In this document: positions 1 through 10,513 of the stretch, piece after piece
Layout: each line of letters starts with the position of its first letter
Position numbering within the stretch: position 1 is the stretch's first letter
Origin: Priapulus caudatus
Taxonomy: Eukaryota
Assembly: GCF_000485595.1 (NCBI RefSeq)
Contig: NW_014577091.1
Coordinates: forward strand, 445,375 to 491,902
Reading direction: 5' to 3'
Length of the DNA: 46,528 nucleotides
Made by a program: the position numbers and the translations under genes
Notes under the pieces: model-generated
The model's database searches: none
Seen by the model: the letters and a program-made list of their open reading frames with translations, nothing else
What the model was told of the DNA's origin: nothing

Positions 1-470
1 ATTTCACTGTGACATTGTAGCCTCATACATCAGTAAAGAAATCCATGTTTAACCCGCCTCTTGAGGGTCAAAAGGTTATCCGACACTTACTCTTCGCATG
101 TCAGCAGAAAGTACATTTCATGGTCCTTTCAATAAAGCCATAAAAATGCTAGGTCACCACTGAAACAAAAAAGTTTTTCAATCGCTCCGTCAGACCATGT
201 CCTCAGAAAATGTCTAAAATCTGCCCTGTGCACATTGACCTTTGACCTGTGACCTCCAATTTCGGCACAGTGATGGCTTTTCCTACCATGATGCTATACA
301 CAGACTATCACGAGCCTAGGTCGAGCCGTTTAGATTTGTGCCGCAATTCTGCATTTCCTCCCTATACCTTAAGTTAAGGAGGGAATGTTCCCCCTTCTTT
401 TACACCTCTTGACCTTTGACCTTTGACCTTTTACCCCCAGCTTCGACATCCCAACTCGTTTTCGGATGTC
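1..470 (-). mobile_element. Helentron/HINE-like non-autonomous element, partial copy D
   Basis: Near-identical to 15228-15740, 11362-11800 and (inverted) 29700-30195, including TGACCTTTGACC motifs. It lacks the 5' hairpin/(CCGT)n end and runs off the window start. Confidence 0.75.
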
Positions 471-524
471 GAGGAGTTTTTTGCCGTTTGCTCATGTGTG
501 CATGCCACTGGCACTGGCGCAGAT

Positions 525-1275
525 GGGGTCGTTGTCGTATCAGGAACTACAGCTCATACTGGTCTATGTCCCCCAGGGTACTGCAGGAACGTACACTGGG
601 TACGGTCCGGTATACCAGAACGTACCCTGGTCACTATTTGATATGGTTAGGGTTAGGATTAGGGTTAGGGTTAGGTTTAGGGTTCGGGTTCGGGTTAGGG
701 AGTAGGCGTACGTTCCGGCAGTACCCCGGGTAGTCCGAGATTCCTCTGACCAATGCCCACACTGACGATTTTGGTGGTTTTGGTGTGGGTTAGAGGAATC
801 TCGGACTATACCCCGGGTAGCTCCAAGAAACGGTATTGCTAGGGTTAGAATACCGCATAGACAATCCGTCGCACAGCCTGGTCGGGCTATACCCCGGGGG
901 ACATAGACCCTATCAGAGGTACGACAGATATGTACCCGAGGTAGTTTTAGGTTGTTTAGTATTATGTTTATATTTTTATATGAGGTACGTTTAGGGTTAG
1001 GGTTAGGGTTAGTGTTAGGGTTAGGGTTAGTGTTAGCTCTAGTACTATATAGCCCGCGTTCGATTAACTGCGGCAGTTAATCGAACGCGGGTATAGTACT
1101 AGAGCTAGGTTAGGATTAGCTCTAGTACTATAGTACCAGTGGGCAGTAGTACTATAGCCCGCTTACATTAACTCCGGCTGGACACTTCTGTAGTACGTAC
1201 AAGTCTGGTACACTTTGTGTATACATATATGTACCTCGGGTACATATCTGTAGTACCTGATACGACAACGACCCC
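525..1275. mobile_element. TIR element carrying TTAGGG arrays
   Basis: ~27-bp TIRs GGGGTCGTTGTCGTATCAGG(A/T)ACTACA ... TGTAGTACCTGATACGACAACGACCCC, with internal (TTAGGG)n-like runs at 646-700 and 990-1036. No clear TSD. Confidence 0.75.
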
Positions 1276-2224
1276 TTGAGCGGCACTGCATGGCACTGTG
1301 GTCAGTGCTGGTGAACTTTGTCGTTACGGTCGGTCGTTGTCGCTGCAGTGTGTCTTGGCCTTTACCGTGTTCACGCCGGTTTATGGTACACTATTGTAAA
1401 AGTAAAATTAAGATCCTATCTATCATAACACGCACCATCGTGATCACAGAAGGAAAAATTCATCATTGTATACATCTACACTTCATCCTAGCCCTTGCCA
1501 TAAGCACGCGGGCAGGGAAGAATAACATCGAGGCAGCTACAGTTCATCATTGCCAATGGATGCCCGCGCCGCCCGCACGCTAGTCGTTCCCCCACGCTGC
1601 TGCGTGCGTCACCGTCACACACCAACTGCTCAGCGCTTACCTGTCTTACCTGTCCACCTACGCGCGCCCCTGCTTGCATGGCGCTGCGGATTTGTGCACA
1701 GGTAAAGTAGGTCACTTGTGTATTGACGCGCTCGCAGCAAGGATTGGGAGTTCGGGAATAACACATTGGGTGCGTGTGCAGATGGTGATCCATCGTCTTG
1801 CTCGCATTCCAGCGTCGCGCTCTGGTTTACCTTGTACGAGGAGTGTGTCTGTGCGAGCACTCTTATACGAGACCGATCACAGTCAAACACCTACGGCCGC
1901 GCGCTGTCCTCGCCGTGCAATTACACGTGGGTTAATTCCTACCCAACAGGTTCCGCGGACGGAATAGTCACGGCTACTGAGCGAAACAAAAAGTCGGGCC
2001 ATCAATAGTCTCAATAGATATATCAGCAGGCAACAGGGGGTCCAAAAACAGCGAACTGTGCAATATAGACATAGTGGATGACATAATATTTTAATGGTTC
2101 CTCCGCCTCCCTCTCCACACCCTACGCTCCTCCACCTCTCAGCTCTGCAATCTTTGTTTTGGACGCCATGCAAAGAGGCGACATTTTTGTTAGTTGTTCT
2201 CTGCTCCCAAGATATGTAACTGTT

Positions 2225-2468
2225 CAGTGGCGGATCCAGGATTCCAAGGAGGGGGGGGGGGATGAAAAACAGGCGGGGTATGGGAGTCCTCCCCCAGAAA
2301 AATTTGAAAATGTAGATCGTAGGAGATGGTATTTGAGGCACGTTTGAGTACATGTACAGCCTTCATTCTGACTACGACAATTCTCTTTTTAGTAGAACAA
2401 TTCTTTTTTTAACTTTCGGATTAACAGGGGCCATGGCCCCCTTTGCCCTACCCCTAACTACGCCACTG
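2225..2468. mobile_element. hAT-like MITE (CAGTGGCG...CGCCACTG)
   Basis: Terminal CAGTGGCGgatccAGG / CCTaactaCGCCACTG with subterminal G-run and C-run; TSD not evident. Confidence 0.55.
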
Positions 2469-2506
2469 TCAGCAGGGAAGTTGCTAGCAGCTGAAATCCG
2501 GTTGGC

Positions 2507-2508
<2 letters not shown>

Positions 2509-2552
<44 letters not shown>
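2509..2552. repeat. (TA)n microsatellite abutting an assembly gap (N 2553-2646)
   Basis: Read directly from the sequence. Confidence 0.95.
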
Positions 2553-2834
2553 NNNNNNNNNNNNNNNNNNNNNNNNNNNNNNNNNNNNNNNNNNNNNNNN
2601 NNNNNNNNNNNNNNNNNNNNNNNNNNNNNNNNNNNNNNNNNNNNNNGAAACCCCCATAGAGCGCCCCCGCCACGGCTGCGCCGTGGGCACCTGGCCTTCG
2701 GCCAGCTGTTTGTCGACATCTGTTATTGATGCTAAATCGCCTAACCAATGTTTATTTGCTTCCGCCGGCCCTGTATACTGCTCCCATATACCTGAAAAAA
2801 CTCTTCAAGGAAATTGAAGAGCTTGCTAGAAAAC

Positions 2835-2934
2835 GATAAGATAAAGATAAGATAAAGCTTTATTTTCATCGGTATAATGTATAACATGTGAACATGAGCC
2901 CTGACAGCTCTTAGACCGATATCTAACAGGAGTT
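2835..2934 (-). mobile_element. Probable 3' end of a LINE/SINE with a (TTATC)n tail
   Basis: Minus strand ends ...ccgatgaaAATAAAgctttatcttatctttatcttatc. AATAAA directly followed by a short tandem tail is typical of CR1/L2-like 3' ends. Confidence 0.45.
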
Positions 2935-2982
2935 AAAAAAAAAAAAAAAGGTGTAAAAATACATGATTTGATACATTATGTG

Positions 2983-3034
2983 AAAAAATGTGGAACACTT
3001 CACGAATTTGCGTGTCATCCTTGCTGCAGGGGCC

Positions 3035-3074
<40 letters not shown>

Positions 3075-3076
3075 AC
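2983..3076 (-). pseudogene. U6: U6 snRNA copy lacking the 5' stem-loop (probable pseudogene)
   Basis: Minus strand reads GTACATATACTAAAATTGGAACGATACAGAGAAGATTAGCATGGCCCCTGCAGCAAGGATGACACGCAAATTCGTGAAGTGTTCCACATTTTTT, nearly identical to metazoan U6 including the ACAGAGA box, AGC triad and oligo-T end. The first ~15 nt are missing, there is a 1-nt insertion in the ISL (GCaGCAAGG), and GCG is changed to GTG. Confidence 0.92.
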
Positions 3077-3895
3077 AAGGGATTCTTGGGATTCTTCTTG
3101 GGATTCTCGATTTAAATGAAAACAATGAAAACAATACTGAAATACTATGTGAACTAATTTATACATACAAAGCTGTATATATCTGATCAATTGCCCAGTC
3201 AGAGACACCGTACGTCACCACCTGAGCAATCTGACTGACCAAGCACGAGCACCGCACGCAAACACGAGTTACTGAAATTCCACACTATATTGAACACTGG
3301 TTATGTTATTACAATTTACACGTCGTTATTCACCGGCCTGTGATGCGCGCCCCTCTCATTTTGACAACCGAAACGCTACCGGCATAGTGGTACTAGAGCA
3401 TATAAACTGAACAACCAGAGCGAATCGCAGCAAATCCTCTGTAATCCGTACGCAGCATACTCTACTAAATATGAGCTAGATGTAAACCGTGAAATCTAAC
3501 GTGGAAAGCATGTCGTTGCACGAATTAACTTTATCGCTTCAACGTTCAACGAGTACGAAACCGGGTAAGAACGTTGCTTCGATCAATAATACTTACCTAT
3601 GAGTTGCTAGTATTGACTTCCGAAAATAAAACCAACGTTGACTACGGAAAAAATCACGATTACATGGTATCAGTAGGCCTGCGCCCGTTAACGGCCCAAA
3701 CAACAGGCAAGACTGTTGATTAAAAATACATATACGTGCGCGGCTGTGTGCGTGTTTGGGTGCGTGTAACATGTTAATAAGTTTTACAATATTGATAGTA
3801 AATCCTACGCTGAATCCTCATAGAGGATATATAGACCGTAGGCCTACAATTAAGACATTCCATTACATTACAACACAAAAGATGCAACCTAAACT

Positions 3896-5045
3896 CCTGG
3901 GGGGGGGGTACTCTCTGTTAGAACATTACGCCATGTGCATTCTCACTAAAAATAATAGGCCCCCTAGTCACTAGTGCGAACTGCACATTGGAAAACCCTA
4001 CCCACTATTGCAGACACAATTGAAGAATACCACCCCCTATTGCATACACAATGAAAATATCCCACCCCTATTGCATACACAATGAAAGAGTCCTACCAGG
4101 GGTCCTCCTACACACGGCCGGAGGAAGGAAAAGAGAGATTATTTATCACATTATGAGAATTTATTTGCCACAGCTTAAAATACTCAACTAAGTTACATTG
4201 GGGTTACATTACACTGAACTTGGTCACAACTGCATCACAGCTAACCTCCTTGTATTGTATCATCTGCATAGACAACTCACCTCTATTTTCTCAAAAATGA
4301 CAAGTTCAATTTCAGGAGCAGCTATGCCCGGGCAGGTATACACCGAGAGGCTGTAATATATTACATTTCTTTTAAATTTCAAGTGCATGTTACCTCCCCA
4401 GCAAGCCATCAATGAGAAGGTCTATGTTGTTGAACATAAAATCTGTCAGCCATGCAGGGGCGTAGCCAGCTAGCCTTTCCAAGAGGGGGGATTCCAAACC
4501 TACTATATACTAATAAAACTTCGTTAACATTTTCGTTTCATGCTTTAATATACACTGTATCAGATATTTGCTATTTTGATACAAACCAGGGGGATTCCGG
4601 AATGCCTGGAATCACCCCTGGCTACGCCCCTGCCATGTACATACTGTATGTATAAATGCAGAATAAAACCTGGTAATAAAATAAACTTGAATTGAATTAC
4701 TAAATTTGAAACTGTGAGTCCAAATATCTAACACAAATAGCAAGCTGGGTGAATGGCAACTCCCAATCCTGCTCCCAATTCCCCTTGCCCTGTTTATTTA
4801 GGGATGGGCTGCCCGTTCGGGGTCTGGGGCGGGGTACTATGTGGTTCGTCATGAGGGGGGCCTACTGCGGGCGCGGTGCTTGACTTGAACAATCCCGAGG
4901 GCTTATTGCGGGATTAGCTTTGTAAAGGGGGGCCTATTTGCTCCTGCGCTGGCCTGCTTTAGAAGTTGAAAAACACCCCCATAACTCGCAAAATTTGGAA
5001 CGCACATGGGGTAATAACGGCATATATAGTGACCCCCCCCCCGGG
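3896..5045. mobile_element. 1.15-kb non-autonomous DNA transposon with CC(C/T)G-run termini and an 8-bp TSD
   Basis: Exact direct repeat CCTAAACT at 3888-3895 and 5046-5053, flanking CCTGGGGGGGGGGTAC ... GTGACCCCCCCCCCGGG. Three ~31-bp internal tandem units at ~3990-4088 and a nested MITE. Confidence 0.75.
4455..4632. mobile_element. 178-bp MITE with a 5-bp TSD, nested in 3896-5045
   Basis: Perfect 15-bp TIR CAGGGGCGTAGCCAG/CTGGCTACGCCCCTG, flanked on both sides by CCATG (4450-4454, 4633-4637). Confidence 0.8.
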
Positions 5046-5759
5046 CCTAAACTACATATAATCAATGCACCAAAACCACATAAACGAACAAGTTGCTCTT
5101 CGCAGTAGTTCATTATTCATTATCTTTTTGCAGATTACTGTTAGTCCATGTATAAAATACTTACTTTCAGATAATGAAACTGTGCAAGTCACCGATTGCG
5201 AACACATCTTTATCATGTATATTTATCACGCATCAAGATCATCACCTCGTAATTAACCCCATAACAACAGCTATCAATCTTTTAACTGACAGTTTGTCAT
5301 AGCGCTGAAATTTAATTGTGAATCAACTGATGATCGATGAAACTTAATGGCCGAATCACTAATGTGTAAAACACAACTTTAGTGACATGACGTCAGTTGT
5401 ATTGCATTGTGTCAGTATTTATATACATAGAGAAATTAACCTTTCCCTGCAGTACATTAAAACTTGCACAACACTGTTATTAATTTAATGCACAAAAACA
5501 GGAGATATGAACTATGACAGGCACATACGAAACAAACCACACTTTCAATTGAATGAAATTTCATTTCATTGATTTCCAAAATGATCGACTTGCAAACAAA
5601 GTTTTGAAACATGTTTTGTTACTAACTCTTGCTAACTATGGTTTTTCCAGAAGCGAGTATCTTTACATAGGGCATTCATTCTGGGAGGTCAAAGTTCTTC
5701 TATCCACCATAGCCCAATTAAAAGCTAACAGCACGTGCATACGCCAGGTGTAAACATGC

Positions 5760-6686
5760 TTATCTGCCACCCTGCTGGTACTGACGCTGCCTCTGGCTTC
5801 GCATCTCCCTCGGCTGTGTGAAATTCGATGTCAAGTTCATGCCACTGGCTGGCCCAGCAACTGTTGATTGCAACGTTCTTGCGATGGACACCGAGTCTGG
5901 TGATATTAACCCGCCATGCAACTGCGGACGTGCTATCGAATTGCTTGGGGCGTGTGTGTGGATTGGTGGCAGCACCTCTGGGGTAGTCCTTGAAGAACTA
6001 GGTAGCGACTCAGCGTTCACGTTTTTAACTTTCTGTTTGTTCATCTTGAAATGCCAGTCTATAGGGGGTATGGGGCCAACGCCTCTTTGCTCCATTTCTC
6101 TGCGCTCCAGAAAAAACTGCCGAACATAGCCTTTTGATAAACCTGCAATTGGAAAAGATTACTTTACTACGTGTGTAATATGAAACATAATTCCTCCACT
6201 AATAAATGAAGCTTGTAAAACCTACAAACTTTCCATAAATCAACTAATTCTTAGTTGAAAGAACAGGGCATTATATTTTCTTTCACACTTAGATTAGATG
6301 AACATTTTATTCCTTTAAGCAATGGTCCTGATTAAATGGTGAATTCAACTCTTTTTTTCAAAGACGTCGTTTAAGCGATTTTCTCATTTATCCGAGGCTA
6401 GATATGGCAGAGATCACTGTGTCAAGGAAACATAGTGTTACATACTATTAGTAGAGTTGGCCCTCCTCATAATGCCTTGGTAGGGACTACCAAGAGTCTT
6501 CTCCATCGCCCTCCTTGTGTGGTTGTCGTACATCTCTGATAGCTTCCGTTCCTTCTCCTGCAGTTGCCTCTGCTGGAAGCCCTGCTGCAGTTGATCGAGA
6601 CTAAACGTGCGCCTCGTCTTCCTCAGCTCATTATCTGACGTCAGTGGGCTGTGACACACGCCCAAGTCCTGTCCCCAGTTAGCCAT
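5760..6686 (-). CDS. Uncharacterised ~207-aa protein with an N-terminal coiled-coil-like segment; two coding exons (6446-6686, 5760-6142)
   Basis: Exon A reads MANWGQDLG...SLDQLQQGFQQRQLQEKERKLSEMYDNHTRRAMEK...STN, preceded by acceptor ttccccTACAG (AG at 6707-6706) and ending at phase-1 donor A|GTATGT. Exon B starts after ttgcAG (6143) in the matching phase: S-LSKGYVRQFFLERREMEQRGVGPIPPIDWHFK...QQGGR*. The frame is open up to the acceptor, so an upstream coding exon is possible. A resemblance to N-termini of invertebrate ZC2HC1C-like proteins is from memory and unverified; no zinc finger is seen. Confidence 0.7.
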
Positions 6687-7053
6687 CGTGTGATCAGTGT
6701 GCCATCTGTAGGGGAAACATGTTGACAAACGTGCATGTAGGTCTTAACACAATTGCTCGCCGAAAACGAAATTCAAAGACTGATGCAAACAAGCTGGCGA
6801 GTTGAATCTGACTCGACCATCTCACGTGTGAATGTAAACACACAACACCGGAGGAATAGTTAACTCCAAATTCGTAAATAATACATTTCTATGAATACTT
6901 TATACCAACGCACATATTAAAAAAAAAGTAGCAACAGATAGCTCGCTAAACATACTCTATCTAATTAATTTGTCGTATTTTAACATGTTTCTGGTTCGAT
7001 ACATTTATAAATGATTAATTATCAATATAAAGCCATCAAAATAATACCAATGA

Positions 7054-7369
7054 CAGGGCTCTGCAGGGGTAGCTATAAAAATGAGTGAGATTTATTATGA
7101 ATCAGAAAATCTAAGGCTGAAAGCCTTCGCGCCGCAGGCGTGAAGGGAGGGGATTAGCAAAATCAGTCGCTGGGTGCGCCACAAGTAATAAATGTCGAGA
7201 TTCCCGTGCCTTGTGTCCCGCGCTTTTCGGCAAAATTCGGCTAACGCAACGAAGAAAAACTGGATTCTTGCGTGAGATTTTTGGGGACTATCAGAAATGT
7301 GCGTGAGAGCGTGAGATTGTGCTGAATTGCGTTAATCTCACGCCAAATGCGTGAGGCTTGTGAGCCCTG
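7054..7369. mobile_element. hAT-like MITE (CAGGGCTC...GAGCCCTG)
   Basis: 8-bp TIR, flanks CAATGA/CAATGG (5/6 match) and repeated subterminal GCGTGAG motifs. Confidence 0.55.
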
Positions 7370-8193
7370 CAATGGAACACACTGTAGTTAAAATAATTGC
7401 ATTAGAACTCATGGTACTAAACATAGTACACAAGCAGTGCGAACAGAACACAATGAAGTAATAGCAGGTAATAAGTAAAAACGTGAATAACCTAGCTCAA
7501 CAATATATAAATAAATATAATCATAATCTTTGCCAGAAAGATTTGCATAATACTATTATTATATCTGACAATATAAGCAGTTTTGCTAACTTAAGTAGCA
7601 TAGAGCAGACCTAGCATAAACAACCAGCAATAACTACCAGAAATTATATATAACTTCATAATTGCCTTAAAATCTGGCTACATATTTTCCAGTTACACAC
7701 ATATGAAAGACCATCTTACCAAGCTAGGTAATGCCACGAAGAATTTTCACTATATTTGAGACACGGTGCACGAATCATCTCATGCACATAGGAGAGCTAC
7801 ACTTGTTCATTCACTCGTGTCTGCCAATATTGCTGCACAATGTTCACAAGTTTTCAATTCTCCGGATTATTGCAGTCTGAGTCGTGATAGTGAGAGCACA
7901 TAAACACCGATAATCATGCACTCTCTCTCTCTCTATATCGCTATGAATTCCATCATGTACTGCACCACTTCAGAACACACATGATCCTGAACATTCTGGA
8001 TGCAATCCTTAGCATCCTAGAACCGCACAGTAACATCCCCCACTAGCATTTAATGAGCATGCACAGATCACGGTCATTTATTGATCGACTAACAATTTAT
8101 TGATAAGACCTGGTAAGACACCTGACTGCTACTGTCAGTAGTGTCAACTTATGTAATCCTTCTTCAGGCTGATCATCTATTATTGCAGCTGAA

Positions 8194-8416
8194 GGGGTCG
8201 TTGTCGTATCAGGTACTACATATATGTACCCGAGGTACATATATGTATACACAAAGTGTACCAGACTTGTACTACAGAAGTCTACCCTAGCTAACACTAA
8301 CCCTAATCCTAAACATACCTCATATAAAAATATAAACATAATACTAAACAACCTAAAACTACCTCGGGTACATATATCTCTTGATATATATGTAGTACCT
8401 GATATGACAACGACCC
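8194..8416. mobile_element. Short member of the same TTAGGG-carrying TIR family
   Basis: Same TIRs as 525-1275. Internal 8290-8370 is the reverse complement of 930-1010, with a ctaacactaaccctaatcctaa remnant. Confidence 0.75.
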
Positions 8417-8849
8417 TTCGTGCATTATTGCACGCGGCTGAAAATTGACGAATGCAGGGACTAATAAACTTTTTATGACATATATAGCACACCGAGCTAT
8501 TACAATCCTGTACTAACAGTGGATGAAGGACAACTACATAAATTAAACAGCTCACAAAGCTTTGCTTTAAGACTGAGCCTGGGTGTGAATAAATATTAGA
8601 ACATGTTAGGTTTACAGCACTAGAAATTAATCCAAAGGCAATCCTTATCAACGTCATTTAACCATTTTCTGCTCATATACTCAGTTCTGTGTTATACCCC
8701 AGTGTACAATATGTAAATATGTCAGTATATCATTAGAGGCATATCAGTAAAAACAAAGACTTCATTTGCTAGTGACGTACATCTACTACTCCGAAGTAAT
8801 GGCACAAGTAACAAAATACATAGAACCATGAACATATCTATACTATGTA

Positions 8850-9152
8850 GATGGCTCTGCCCAGGATTTTTTAGTGCCGGGCGCATCCAGTTGCGACGAA
8901 GTTGGAAGATGCAAGCGCTGTAGGCGCGAAGACAATCTAGGGGGGTCCGGGGCATGCCCCACCGGAAAATTTTAAATTTTGGATAGTCTGAAACTCAATT
9001 TCCTGCATTCTGAGCAATAAAAAGCCCATATATCACTTCTTTTCTTTTTTTTAATATCAAAAATTAGTGCCGGGCGGAGATATATAGTGCCGGGCGGCAA
9101 CCGCGAGTGCCGGGCATACCCGCCCACCGCCGCCCACCGCGGGCAGAAACCT
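8850..9152. mobile_element. Degenerate hAT-like MITE
   Basis: Right end GGGCAGAAACCTG pairs imperfectly with left ...CTCTGCCC; repeated AGTGCCGGGC motifs; internal GGGGGGTCCGGGGCATGCCCC motif typical of such MITEs. Confidence 0.4.
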
Positions 9153-9467
9153 GTAGGTATGCATGATCATAAAAACGTTCATGCTACAAGTGGTGAGCAA
9201 TGATTTATCTGCAGAACATTCACGTATATTTGCACAAATACCCAACTTTCTAGCAGGCAGTTGTGTTATTTACACATGCCAAACACACATCAACACCACC
9301 TGGCACACAAACACTTCCACAGAAATACACTATCATGACTATGCCTATATTTACGTAACTAAATCAATAACCCAGGGTGGGAAACCTGTATTCAATGGTA
9401 TGTTGTATGCGGGACAGCTGAAATAAAACAGTGCTGTGAATCTTTTGTTTAAATATAAAAGGATTGA

Positions 9468-9510
<43 letters not shown>

Positions 9511-9512
<2 letters not shown>

Positions 9513-10075
9513 GTAGAAGTCCAAAAATCCAGGCTGCTCCAGGGGTAAAAATTAACTTTTGAACACGGGAGTCCAACGAACAAAAAGAGGGAGGCTGTGG
9601 CAAAATGAGGGAGCCCGCAGTCTGAGGTTCAAAATTTAAAAGATATTAACAATAACGCATACATGTGCTTATTTTTAAGATTCATGCAATAGCACGTCTA
9701 CCAAATTTTCTTTGTACATTAGCTGAAAAAATATGGTAATTCTGCGAGGCCGTGCTTTGGAACGAATTAGTTAGTATGGCAGAATTTTCAGGGAGTCACA
9801 CAGACTCCTGCATATGTCAAATCAGGGAGTCCGACAGTAAATCAGAGAGTATTTGACTCCATTAATTTCGCACCCTGAGAGCGTGTAACGCTTGAAATCA
9901 TGTTTAAAAATGAACACTGTAAAAGAAAAATACGGTAAACAAATGAAAGATGAAGTTATTTTATACAAATTATTTATTTTTAGTTTATCAACAATTTTAA
10001 GTTTGAGAGTTTTTGAAAAGTCCGGATTCTCGGATGGTTCGGATTTCTGGCATCCAGACTTTTGGACTTCTACTA
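9511..10075. mobile_element. Tc1/mariner-pogo-like MITE
   Basis: TIR CAGTAGAAGTCCAAAA ... TTTTGGACTTCTACTA, followed by TA on the right and preceded by a (TA)n(CA)n microsatellite on the left. Confidence 0.65.
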
Positions 10076-10513
10076 TATAATATGTAAACATTAGATTAAT
10101 AAAGAGTGATAAGAATGTGCCTATATTTATGTAATTTATCACTGAAAATACAAGCCCTAGCTAGAATGTGTGGATAAATATACCCCAAACATTATTGATT
10201 GCCAATTTCTATGGCGAACATGTAGGGACAAAAACGTGTGACAGGCAATCGGTACAAGCACACAAAACTATTTACCTAGCATACACGGTCAAACATGTGC
10301 TAAAAAATATAGGCATCCGTACTTTGACAAAAAACACAAACATTTTTCTGCAATTTTCAAGATGGGGACAAATGATACAATACACCATTACGACTACAAC
10401 ACAGTATGACTGCAAAAAGTAATTTTACTGCGATAGATATATAGACATTACGTATAACTAAATTGGGTACAATGAGAATACCTGCAAGATTTCCTCAATC
10501 AGTTGTTCTGTAG

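Noticed and set aside
646..1036. True telomere or chromosome-fusion site
   Set aside because: The arrays are short, degenerate, all on one strand and enclosed by transposon TIRs.
2983..3076. Functional U6 snRNA gene
   Set aside because: The 5' stem-loop is absent, there is an insertion in the ISL, and there is no convincing upstream promoter beyond a weak TTTAAA at 3111-3116.
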